A stretch of 28,641 nt of DNA from a virus (Duplodnaviria; Caudoviricetes): positions 1 to 28,641 of IMG/VR virus record IMGVR_UViG_3300025141_000551; one strand, given 5' to 3'. Both the position numbers and the translations under genes were made by a program. Positions 15,701-24,199 of the stretch are shown in pieces. A model generated the notes under the pieces. It saw only the letters and a list, made by a program, of their open reading frames with translations, made no database searches and was not told the DNA's origin. Position 1 is the stretch's first letter. Each line of letters starts with the position of its first letter.

Positions 15701-18700
15701 ATATCTAGTATATAAAGTATTACTAGATGTCATATTTGTACCTCCATTAGCGGCTTCAGAGGTTCTTCTTGTAGCTGCTCCTGCTGCTCCTCCCGAAACA
15801 GGGGAGGTTACTGTAATAGGATTAAAGGTTGCGGGTATTGTAAACGAAGCTTGATTAGCTGAATTATTTAATATCTCTAAATTAAAATTTCTAAAGTCAA
15901 TATTATCAAAATATACTTTAGTTTGACGTCCAGTACCTAAATCTTTATCTCCATCATTATCTTCATCTTGAGGATTTGGTACATATTCACCAGTAAGACC
16001 ATAATAATCTCTATAAATGCTAGTACCATCAGGCGTGTCATCACCTGTATCGTATATACCAGTAGTAGTTGATGGAGGAGCTCCACCTACAACAGTCACT
16101 CCTGAATCGTGAGCTACACCGCTACTTCCCATTCTTCCTCTTACACAGCCTGTTAATTGGTTGGTTGATTTTCCTGTGTATTTAACATACTCTTCAGTTG
16201 CAGTACCGGGATTAATAATTATAGTACCACTACTTGGAAAACTACTTGCACTAGCCAAATCAATAGCAGTAACAGTAGCAGTATGAGCACCGTCTAGAGT
16301 AGTAGAAAGATTACGTCCTACTCCCCAGAATCCTGTACCAGCTGTCCAACCACCGGCTGAACCAGAAGCTGAATAAGTAGCTTCTTTATCTGTAAAATAA
16401 CGGAAATTGTTACACCAAAGTGTAAGAACATTAGGCCAATATTCAGGTTTTTCCATCCATGACCAATTAGCATTGGTTTGAGAACCTGAACCTTCCCTAA
16501 CAGGGAAATAAACGTAAAAAGAAGGAGCATCGTCAGTACTAGTTGTTTCATCATCCGAACTAGTAGTTAATGTTCCTTTAGTAAAATATACTTTACACAT
16601 ACGTGCATGAGACTGTTTAGACCAATAAGTAGTAGGTGATGTGGATAATGCGGCATTTGATGTATTTTCTGTTGAATAATAATTAAATGTGCGGTCAGTG
16701 GAGCTACCAACGGTTGCGGCTGAAAACATATTTTTCTCATTAACATCAAAAACTATTTTAGCATTAACCCATTCATCAAATGAAAGGTCTACACAAGGCT
16801 CATAATTGTTTAAACTTCCACTTGGTTGTTTTGTTTTTCCTCCACCATTAAGGAAAGTTTTAGCTTGAAAACCTGAAGCTCCTGAGTGTAACCATGCTGG
16901 ACGTCCTCTATAAGTTTTTTGATAAGTATCAGTCTCCCAACCATAACCAGCACTTTGACCTCCTGAAGCTATCCAGTGTGAAGGTCGAGTAATTATTGGA
17001 TATGCTGTAACTTTATTAGCATCTGGAGTTTCTGTATTTGTAGGAGATACCACTTTTCTAGTTCTAAGGGTAAATCCTCCTATAATTTTACGAGTCTGTG
17101 AAGAAGTGTCAGTAACTCCATCAGGTGCTCTTTCACAATAGAAATCCATCATACCACGATGTATATAATCATCCATAGTTTCACCATCTTGAGGTTCATA
17201 ATTAGCTAAAGTAACAGTAAAACTACGTTTTAAAGTATGGTAAGAGAAAGATTGCCATCTGTCTGCTGCGGTTGGGGCTGAATAACCACTATTCATCATA
17301 GCTACAGGGTTTGCTGAACTTACTCCACCTTGACTTGAACCTGATACATAGTCTACAACATATGGTGAATTAGAACCAGATGCCACTGTAGAAGGTGTGT
17401 TCGTTGGAGACAATCGGAATATAGGTTCAGAATCTAATTGTGCTACACTAAATGTTAAATTTATCTCTGGTTTTATCAGTTGTGTATTAGTTGAACCTAC
17501 ATTAATAGTACCATTTAGGTCTTTATATTGAGAAGTAAGAGCAAAATCTAGAGGTTGAGGGAAAGGTACAGCATTCATAGAAGCCATAAGATATTGATTA
17601 TTTACAGCTCCACTTACACCATAAATGTCACTACTTATTTTGTTACCAGTAGAAGTACTGAAAGTCCAATATTCGTGCATAAGTAAAGATTGACCTCCCG
17701 TGTCATATTTATCCTTTGTTAACTCCATTGATTGCATAATATAAGGAGAATCTTGATTACCTCCCTGTTCCCAAGGAGTTCCTGAATCTATAGTTCCTCC
17801 GAATTTATTGAATATAGTATTATTGGGATTTGGGTCTACAGGTGTATCTCCCATCTCTGGCATTGACATTGAATGGTCGTATTTAATATAAGATTTAATC
17901 TTAGAATGTCTCCAATATGGAGGATAAGCAGTATAAACGGCTGCTTCAGTACGGTTATCTTCACTATTCTTCCACAAACCTTGTGGTTTTCTTTTCTTTT
18001 GTGGTTTAATAAATAGTTTACCTGTGCGTTTATGTAAAGCTTTCTTAGAAAGCATTCTACCTTCTTTTTCAGCTTCTTTTATATCACTGTATCTGTGCTT
18101 CACATCTATTTGTTGGATAACAACACCTTGACCAAAACCAGTCTGTCCTTCGGCTAATTGACCAAAATTATATAATAAGAAGTTAGCCCCTTCTTCATCT
18201 TCAGTGCTACCATAGAACATACTTCCATGTCCACCTACAAATAAATTACTAACAACGCCTTTTGCATCATCACTTTCAGCGTCTGATAAATCGAAATAAG
18301 GTTTTGAAGAAATACTAACTCCCCCAGCCGCATTAATGGCCATAAAGTCTATTTCTCCTAATGTTTTGTCTGAACCATCAAAACTCTCTTGAATGTATGG
18401 TATAGAAGTATCAATATAAGAAGTATAAAGGTCTACGTTACCCGGTGTATTAGTGTTAGCACCTGAAGTTGAAAATCCTAAACCTCCCTCACTTATAGAA
18501 ACGTTATCACTTATTTTATATGTAGATATTTGGGGTAAAGCAGCAGATTTAGACAAATCTGTTCCACTGCAATATAATCTTAAATGTCCTCCAATAACAT
18601 CTCCAGCACCAGTATTTGGAGAATCTGACACAACACCTGAAACAACATACCTATTAGCACTTGCGTGACCTTCTAATTTAAAAGTAGCACTATCTGTAAG

Positions 18701-18796
18701 GACAGGCGTGTCTTTATAAAGTGCGTTTAATTGTACAATTCCAGTTGTATCCATGTCATATCTTTCATAAAATCTATTTCGTTTTACTTCTACCAT
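12776..18796 (-). CDS. 2006-aa tail fibre/adhesin-like virion protein with C-terminal LamG (concanavalin-like) domain
   Basis: Directly follows the tape measure; S/T/G-rich beta composition; C-terminal WTLAVHL...LYIDG...TTIGA...YRGTVEEVVLW is a LamG pattern; internal repeated modules. Confidence 0.7.
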   Translation of the reverse strand: MVEVKRNRFYERYDMDTTGIVQLNALYKDTPVLTDSATFKLEGHASANRYVVSGVVSDSPNTGAGDVIGGHLRLYCSGTDLSKSAALPQISTYKISDNVSISEGGLGFSTSGANTNTPGNVDLYTSYIDTSIPYIQESFDGSDKTLGEIDFMAINAAGGVSISSKPYFDLSDAESDDAKGVVSNLFVGGHGSMFYGSTEDEEGANFLLYNFGQLAEGQTGFGQGVVIQQIDVKHRYSDIKEAEKEGRMLSKKALHKRTGKLFIKPQKKRKPQGLWKNSEDNRTEAAVYTAYPPYWRHSKIKSYIKYDHSMSMPEMGDTPVDPNPNNTIFNKFGGTIDSGTPWEQGGNQDSPYIMQSMELTKDKYDTGGQSLLMHEYWTFSTSTGNKISSDIYGVSGAVNNQYLMASMNAVPFPQPLDFALTSQYKDLNGTINVGSTNTQLIKPEINLTFSVAQLDSEPIFRLSPTNTPSTVASGSNSPYVVDYVSGSSQGGVSSANPVAMMNSGYSAPTAADRWQSFSYHTLKRSFTVTLANYEPQDGETMDDYIHRGMMDFYCERAPDGVTDTSSQTRKIIGGFTLRTRKVVSPTNTETPDANKVTAYPIITRPSHWIASGGQSAGYGWETDTYQKTYRGRPAWLHSGASGFQAKTFLNGGGKTKQPSGSLNNYEPCVDLSFDEWVNAKIVFDVNEKNMFSAATVGSSTDRTFNYYSTENTSNAALSTSPTTYWSKQSHARMCKVYFTKGTLTTSSDDETTSTDDAPSFYVYFPVREGSGSQTNANWSWMEKPEYWPNVLTLWCNNFRYFTDKEATYSASGSAGGWTAGTGFWGVGRNLSTTLDGAHTATVTAIDLASASSFPSSGTIIINPGTATEEYVKYTGKSTNQLTGCVRGRMGSSGVAHDSGVTVVGGAPPSTTTGIYDTGDDTPDGTSIYRDYYGLTGEYVPNPQDEDNDGDKDLGTGRQTKVYFDNIDFRNFNLEILNNSANQASFTIPATFNPITVTSPVSGGAAGAATRRTSEAANGGTNMTSSNTLYTRYGPTYVTMGFDSLWDLPIVASKTDCTTDVSDNEIDRTSIKGDLTPGTPLMVTAGIDTTTGISADTVYYVSSEAPTSNNAIKLSSTYDLAIAGVSLTLGGSDDDPITVQSPGFGAAAWLMFNGYNQKNFQDNLYNDGWTTQAFRSMTSDGSNATGRTNDSFVSYYGGQALNAGNTALTSTYKCPATIQGLDIDFTNAPTGDASEVDKIYFTTGTAGSGTLSTDGLSQKGTVYMSLSGNVDSWAKRENIFTSARIMAIPQFTEIGGEKTTDEIPRNAISVDNPSLFRPGDTTNGPHYVIYKSMTTGSDAEIVGSGAVSGKRSRYLSVKAVDGPFVEFNEDYDTENLVNVANLPYLWCSPVKHWVTMQLFPCNVNTSTSVVSTDVSDNEIVATAHGLAQGTPVSFSGLDNTTTPVDDTIYYVSATGLATNGFDITTHVTGAASGDVTFAGTDDTGVTMTVYHIGPYESGTRGGGKSYDNIAILNNLSGDKPALADTGSTWNEFEYYYNVGAVATGGRSATYGNPWSLDVTSGSNLELGIDYGVGAYNDESGEGGQVDIKTPYVGKFTDFNVNGLINTDSLMPNDNFKMVMNLKNPTVNQKVEFVNADYSSTDADILKPHFLWTYFDAVPLIDNFQVNPLFQLLPNAENPEPVNLYELTTQDLRALNFTWEEDADDVWYRMLMIDVSGATINNKYHKARMHVPFNEEPTTPTSAPTSYVYNYSTTGGPAVASGTITVGSDCRSPITGIQGYAIQTASSSTATNGVAVIPHTVTYTGSETFVTSWQHLTEWTLAVHLTPSANDRGHDAYFLANGTDIEAYILGSNGHIRFVLNGQVVESVSEVAYDGRTPTAMIVTYDANATDGRYLKLYIDGVLEDVDTNTHTVTSAYNTTIGAQDAPNKNSAYRGTVEEVVLWEKAYEIPDTAGSFAYKNALLADKNSDNNYLTHSAKLFVMDWTNIRGTTPQEVGSSKQTNWKVTTV
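14330..15630 (-). repeat. Two copies of a ~80-aa beta module (TDVSDNEI...GTP...DTxYYVS) inside the 2006-aa protein
   Basis: Copies at about 15380-15630 and 14330-14570; DNA 15603-15625 and 14544-14566 match at 21 of 23 nt. Confidence 0.8.
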
Positions 18797-21700
18797 TATG
18801 CTACTCCTGCGAAGGTATCTACTTTGAACTTACTTCGCCCTGCTGTGAATTTACCAACATGTAAATTTTGAACATTTAAGCTGGCTCCTGCATTAGCTTG
18901 ATTAGCGTGAACACCAGCATCGAGCTGGTTCCTTAATATATTATTGGTCCTACTATTATTTATAATTTGCCCTGATTGGTTAGGTGTAAAGAGTTCTGGA
19001 CCCTGTTCTCCAACTAAATATGAGCCTCCCATGCTTCCATATCCACCATTTGCCATAGCAGTAACATAACCACCATACTGACGGCCGGCCCTATTTACTA
19101 GAGGGTCTGTTCCAGTGGTGGTATCAGCAGCAGCAGCAACTGCTGCTATATCAAATGTAGGCCATGAACCTAAAGTAATTTTTTCATTGTAACCAGCCCA
19201 TCCCCAGCCTTCGCCTCCTATTCCGGGAACCCAATCAGGTGCTTCAAAACTAAAACCACCTATATCAATTTCCATCTCAATATTGGACATCATGGTAGCC
19301 ATAGCATTCCAAGCTGTTTTAAATGCATCTATACCAAATATAGCAGTTAAACTCACTGCATTTTTTAAACTTGCTGCAATACCTAAAAGTTTATCAGGAA
19401 GTTCCTCGATGAAAGTGAGAATACTACCAAACATTTCAGTACCAAAATCTAGAGCTGATGCGAAGGTATCTAACACAACCTGACCACCATTCCACCAAGT
19501 TACTAATTCCGCAAATCTGTCCTCCCACCACGTAAGAGTCATCCATCTTAACCATCCCTCTTCCGAGTCAAATAATTTAGTCCATAAGCTTGAGAATCCA
19601 CTAACAATAGCATCAATTATTACACTATTACCTATATAATACATAACTACATCATAGATATTTTTAAATACATCTGATACAAGATATAACATATAACCGA
19701 AAACTCCACCAAGTCTCATGGCTATATCCATTCCTACCCTCTTTATTGAGAAACCTAAATCAGACATAGCGTCTTTAGCATATTGAACAAAACCACCCCA
19801 CAAATAACCTAAATATCCTAAGCTTTTTCCTTGTTGTGCAGTTATTAATTCTATTTCTACCATCCACATAATCAAACCATCAAAAAGTCCACCCAAATTA
19901 TTCCAAAGCTCTACGACCCCATTTTTAAAGTCTACAAACATTTGTTTTATAGGTTCAAATATACCCATAAGTTGAACTCCCCATGCAACAAAAGCAGCAA
20001 TAGCGGCCACAATAATTACAACAACAGCAACAATAGCTCCTACCATAGTACCTAGAGCTGCTACTACATAACCAATACCGGTATATAAAGTTTGTAAGGC
20101 CATTGCCATTTTTCCTACTTTAGCCGCACCTGAACCTGCCGTTTTACCAATTTTAGCTGCATCTTTGGCTTTACCAGCCTTACCATACTTAGCAGCATTC
20201 TTTTTAGCATTTTTACCATAGTGATATCGTTTTTTACCAGTCTTATCTACTGATTTATATCCACCCTTAGTTTTTTCCATGGATGGTGTAACACCACCAC
20301 CTCCCATTCCGGGTGGTGCTCCTCCAACTACAGGTAAACTCTCTCCAGCTGCTTCTGCTCCTGCTTCTGCCGTGGCTGCTTGAGTTGCTACACCACGAGC
20401 CCCTGCTAATTCTAATTCTGAAGCAGCAAGAGCTTGATTTACCCCAACTTCTGTTGTTTTAGCAGTAATATTATTTACAACAGCTTCGGTTTCCTCTTCA
20501 GTAGCCTTTTCAGCTGCAAAAACCCATGTATATAAAGCCATCATTCCAGCTACAGTAGCCCTTAAACCAGCTGTAAGACTGAATAATTTATTTAACATTG
20601 TAAATTGTATTACTAGACTAGTAGCTCTAGGCCCTAACCAGTCAATAGCTTTCATTAATACTTTAATTGGTAACAAATAAGCTTTGAGTACGCCAATCGC
20701 TGTTTTACCTTCTCCAGAGAATTCAGCAAGGAATTTTATACCATCCTGTATAAGCACTGTTAATTCTCTTACTGCTTCAACTGCCACTTGTTGTATAGTT
20801 TTACCAAACTCTGTTAATTGTTTATTACCTTCTTCTCCCTCTACTAATAGGTCTTGAAGCCCTGTTATTCCATCAATAATAGCACTATGAAACTCATTCA
20901 TAGCTCCATTAGCTCTTTCTACTCCATCTGACATAAAGAAGAGCATCTGAACATTATTTTTCAAAATTTGAATTTGAGCAGACATAGATTCATTCTGAAT
21001 CCTAACCATCTCATCTAACTCTCCACCAGCATTTTCTACATTTTTAACAGCTTCACCAAATTCATCTGCATTTTGCACTAAGTGAACGAAAGCAGTAGCA
21101 CCACGAACATTCAAGTCTTCAATAAGGCCCGTTAACAGTTCAGTATTGCTTGCGGCTTCGGGCCCAATGATATCTGAATATTCCTTAGCTATTACAGTCA
21201 AATCCTTCATAGAGCCATCTGCTTCTCTAATTTCTAGACCCATTCTAGCGAATGCAGCCGTATTATCGTCAGCGTGCTCAGCAAACTCAGCGAGAGCTTG
21301 CCTTAGACCACGACCTGCGATACCTGCTTCGAGTGCACGGTTGGTTAATATTTCCAACGCACCCAGTAATTGGTCAACAGATTGACCTGTAGCAGTAAAG
21401 AAAGGCATTGCGAATTTAACAGCACTGGATAAATCTTCGTATTCAATCAAAGATTTCTGAATAACATGTGCGAACTTATCTGTTATTTCAGCTGCTTGTT
21501 CCATTTCCATTCCGAAACCCATTATAGTCTGTGTAGTTAATTTAGCTATAGTATTGTGGTCTCCCTGAACAGCCATAGATAATTTGAGTGTTTCAGGTAA
21601 TACCTTAGCAGCATCATTAGCGCTTAAACCAGCCGATGCTAATTGATAAAGACCTTCCGCTCCATTTTGCATCTCCATTCCAAAAGATTGACCAAATTGA

Positions 21701-22854
21701 GTAATAACGTTACTTGTTTCATATAATTCCTTACGAGTTAGATTGAACACAGAGTTTGCATTCATTAATTCTCTTTCAAATTCTACTAATTCTTGAGTAT
21801 TTTGTTGTAATTTATAAAACATAGCAGTGAGAGCAGATATAGATTCTCTCAGAGCATTTTGGAAGTTGTTTTTCAAAGCTTCAGCAAATTGAGCTGTCTT
21901 ACGTGCTGCATGTTCTGCACCCCGTGCTAACTCTTTGATAGCCTCTTCTTCTCCTTTTATAGCTCTCGTCATTAAATCAGTAAGGTCTTTCTCATCTCTG
22001 ACCATATCCTGATATTCAGCATCCCATGCACTATATGCTTCATTATAATCCCTTATACCTTCATCGACAAAGGTATAGAAATTACGAGCTGCATCTACAT
22101 TATCTTTAAATCCTTGTTGTTCTGCGTCAAGAAGTGCTATAGATTCTCTATGAGCATCAGCACCTATTTGACCTGTTTTGAGTAACCATTCAGTCTTGGT
22201 TCTCATCATCTTGATTTCTTCCATTCCATAATCTCTTCTACGCGTAGCATTATCTAATTCTAATTTAGCTATACGCTGAAGTTCTTTTCTATTCTTGTCT
22301 CCTTCTTTTCCAGTGTCCCACATTACATCTGACAATTTACCCATGTCAAATTTACCAATTTCTCTTTGAGCCTTTTCTAAATCTTCATGGTCGAATAATT
22401 TAATAAAAAGGTCTGGAGAACGCTGTTTAACATGAGCAGCAAAATCTTGAAAAGCTCTTTTTCCTGCTTTAAAAGTATTCTCTAATTGTTTAGTGGTCTT
22501 TGCTGTACCCAATGCTTTTTGTGTTTTTACAAAAGCTTTTTGTGTTTTACCAGCCACCATTTTAGCTCCCATATTAGTTTTGTTCATAGAGGCTTCAAAC
22601 TTCTTTTGCCCCTGTAACATCTGGGATTGTAAATTTTTACGATGGTTTTCTATCTTACTTCGTACAGCATTTAATTCAGTTTCAGTTTGTTTAGTACGTT
22701 TTTTAGCTTGCTGGACCTGCATGCTATTCATCTTTTTATATAGAGCTGCGGCTCCTGCGCCAATTATTTGACTTGCTTGGCCCATGGCTTGTTTTGAAGG
22801 CATAGCTAAACCAATAGCTACCCTTGCTGCAAATACTTGTCCAGCGAAACCCAT
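18796..22854 (-). CDS. Tail tape measure protein (TP901-like core)
   Basis: AEGLYQLASAG, DKFAH, AGIAGRGLR core; hydrophobic segments; C-terminal ANGG...YLVGEQGPELFTP motif; located after the chaperone pair. Confidence 0.93.
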   Translation of the reverse strand: MGFAGQVFAARVAIGLAMPSKQAMGQASQIIGAGAAALYKKMNSMQVQQAKKRTKQTETELNAVRSKIENHRKNLQSQMLQGQKKFEASMNKTNMGAKMVAGKTQKAFVKTQKALGTAKTTKQLENTFKAGKRAFQDFAAHVKQRSPDLFIKLFDHEDLEKAQREIGKFDMGKLSDVMWDTGKEGDKNRKELQRIAKLELDNATRRRDYGMEEIKMMRTKTEWLLKTGQIGADAHRESIALLDAEQQGFKDNVDAARNFYTFVDEGIRDYNEAYSAWDAEYQDMVRDEKDLTDLMTRAIKGEEEAIKELARGAEHAARKTAQFAEALKNNFQNALRESISALTAMFYKLQQNTQELVEFERELMNANSVFNLTRKELYETSNVITQFGQSFGMEMQNGAEGLYQLASAGLSANDAAKVLPETLKLSMAVQGDHNTIAKLTTQTIMGFGMEMEQAAEITDKFAHVIQKSLIEYEDLSSAVKFAMPFFTATGQSVDQLLGALEILTNRALEAGIAGRGLRQALAEFAEHADDNTAAFARMGLEIREADGSMKDLTVIAKEYSDIIGPEAASNTELLTGLIEDLNVRGATAFVHLVQNADEFGEAVKNVENAGGELDEMVRIQNESMSAQIQILKNNVQMLFFMSDGVERANGAMNEFHSAIIDGITGLQDLLVEGEEGNKQLTEFGKTIQQVAVEAVRELTVLIQDGIKFLAEFSGEGKTAIGVLKAYLLPIKVLMKAIDWLGPRATSLVIQFTMLNKLFSLTAGLRATVAGMMALYTWVFAAEKATEEETEAVVNNITAKTTEVGVNQALAASELELAGARGVATQAATAEAGAEAAGESLPVVGGAPPGMGGGGVTPSMEKTKGGYKSVDKTGKKRYHYGKNAKKNAAKYGKAGKAKDAAKIGKTAGSGAAKVGKMAMALQTLYTGIGYVVAALGTMVGAIVAVVVIIVAAIAAFVAWGVQLMGIFEPIKQMFVDFKNGVVELWNNLGGLFDGLIMWMVEIELITAQQGKSLGYLGYLWGGFVQYAKDAMSDLGFSIKRVGMDIAMRLGGVFGYMLYLVSDVFKNIYDVVMYYIGNSVIIDAIVSGFSSLWTKLFDSEEGWLRWMTLTWWEDRFAELVTWWNGGQVVLDTFASALDFGTEMFGSILTFIEELPDKLLGIAASLKNAVSLTAIFGIDAFKTAWNAMATMMSNIEMEIDIGGFSFEAPDWVPGIGGEGWGWAGYNEKITLGSWPTFDIAAVAAAADTTTGTDPLVNRAGRQYGGYVTAMANGGYGSMGGSYLVGEQGPELFTPNQSGQIINNSRTNNILRNQLDAGVHANQANAGASLNVQNLHVGKFTAGRSKFKVDTFAGVA

Positions 22855-22863
22855 TAGTGCTCC

Positions 22864-23157
22864 TTATCCTAATCCACTAAAACTTACTTGTCGCTTCTTT
22901 CCTATCATTTCGTCATACTTGGCACGTTTTTCTAAATATCTGTGCCATGTTTGTCTTATCTCTGGCTTATTTTTAGACAATGACGCTACATCATTGTCAG
23001 TATATCCATCCATTGCATGTAACATCTCATGTTCATTAAGGGCTGCAAGCAGTCCTTTCAATTCAATACGAGGTGTTTTCTTTATATCTTCCCAACTCAT
23101 ATGAAGGTGCTTCATAAGTGGGATGTATATCAATACCGCATCAGGCGATTCCGTCAT
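22864..23157 (-). CDS. Tail assembly chaperone, C-terminal (gpT-like) frame
   Basis: Lies immediately before the tape measure; HMSWEDIKKTP is gpT-like; in the -1 frame relative to the upstream chaperone. Confidence 0.8.
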   Translation of the reverse strand: MTESPDAVLIYIPLMKHLHMSWEDIKKTPRIELKGLLAALNEHEMLHAMDGYTDNDVASLSKNKPEIRQTWHRYLEKRAKYDEMIGKKRQVSFSGLG

Positions 23158-23528
23158 CAGATGGTAAAATTTTCAGACTCAGAGCTCTCTACACCCATTA
23201 TATGATTTGAAATCTTATATCTCAATGATGTGGGTAACATCCCCCAGTTTTCTGCCATTATACTAGCGTTTGCTGGTTGTTTCTTATTAGCTTTTTCAAT
23301 CATAGCTACAATACGTTGGTTTCCAATTTTAGAATAGTGGGCCATTTTCTCATCATCATCAGCATCTTCAGGGATTGCTCCCATCTTTGGCTCTTCTTCT
23401 TCCACTAATTCGCAAAAATGAAAATCAAAGTCTTTCCCTCTATAATCTACACTTGCGTTCTGCACTTCATCAGTCAGTGCAATCAATTCTTCTATGCTCC
23501 ATGCCGTTTGTTTTTCTTCTTTTGTCAT
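23157..23528 (-). CDS. Tail assembly chaperone (gpG-like)
   Basis: 123-aa acidic protein between the tail tube genes and the tape measure, ending in a slippery site. Confidence 0.82.
   Translation of the reverse strand: MTKEEKQTAWSIEELIALTDEVQNASVDYRGKDFDFHFCELVEEEEPKMGAIPEDADDDEKMAHYSKIGNQRIVAMIEKANKKQPANASIMAENWGMLPTSLRYKISNHIMGVESSESENFTI
23166..23172 (-). other. Programmed -1 ribosomal frameshift slippery site A AAT TTT
   Basis: In-frame X XXY YYZ heptamer two codons before the stop; a -1 slip reads ENF-YHL-MTESPD into the downstream ORF. Confidence 0.85.
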
Positions 23529-23552
23529 TTAAATCAATTCCTTTGTTTTTTA

Positions 23553-23577
23553 GAAGGGGAGGTCAATCCTCCCCCTC
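23553..23577 (-). terminator. GC-rich intergenic hairpin after the tail tube genes (possible terminator, attenuator or stability element)
   Basis: Minus strand GAGGGGGAGG-ATTGA-CCTCCCCTTC, 10-bp stem with one G:U; followed by an A-tract rather than a U-tract. Confidence 0.45.
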
Positions 23578-23592
23578 AGACTACTTACCTAT

Positions 23593-24195
23593 CTATAGGC
23601 CTGTAGTAGTTGCTGTAGTGGTAGCTGTAGCAGCGAGTAATGGAGTTACATATGTCATAAACTCCAATGTTTCTTCTGCTGTACCATCAACATTTAGTGT
23701 AACTGAGTGACCTTGTACACAACAATTTGGAATAGAGAAAACTTCTACACCGTTTTTCAATTCCAAAAATAATCTATAACCGTGAGTTGCAGTTGGTTCT
23801 TCTAAACCGTCCCATGGGTCGGCTGAACCACTTATACCCCAGCGGTATCCGTTGTTATATACTAAATCCCAGCTCAAATCTATTTTCTTTCGAGTGAGTG
23901 TTACAGTTGTCTCTTTCTTTGCTTCGACTTTCTGAACAGAACGTAGACCGAAATAGGTAACGTCCTCGTCGACTGCTCCAATAGACAAATCACAACCAGT
24001 CAAATCTACAACTAAATTACCGAAAAGGTCGTGAGTACCTGCGGTTACAATACCAGAAGCAAGTGCTTCTGCAAATGTAGTGTATCCTGCTGCACCAGTT
24101 CCTACTGTGGAAGCAGTTGTTCCACTAAAGTGTAAACCTAATGTAGATTCTGTTGTGATGTAAGCATTCATATCTCTTCCTAAAAAGTAAGTCAT
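23593..24195 (-). CDS. Tail tube protein, paralog 2
   Basis: Position before the chaperones; beta-rich 200 aa; YFLGRD...TTES and GHSVTLNVDGTAEETLEF are shared with the neighbouring gene. Confidence 0.78.
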   Translation of the reverse strand: MTYFLGRDMNAYITTESTLGLHFSGTTASTVGTGAAGYTTFAEALASGIVTAGTHDLFGNLVVDLTGCDLSIGAVDEDVTYFGLRSVQKVEAKKETTVTLTRKKIDLSWDLVYNNGYRWGISGSADPWDGLEEPTATHGYRLFLELKNGVEVFSIPNCCVQGHSVTLNVDGTAEETLEFMTYVTPLLAATATTTATTTGL

Positions 24196-24199
24196 ATTA

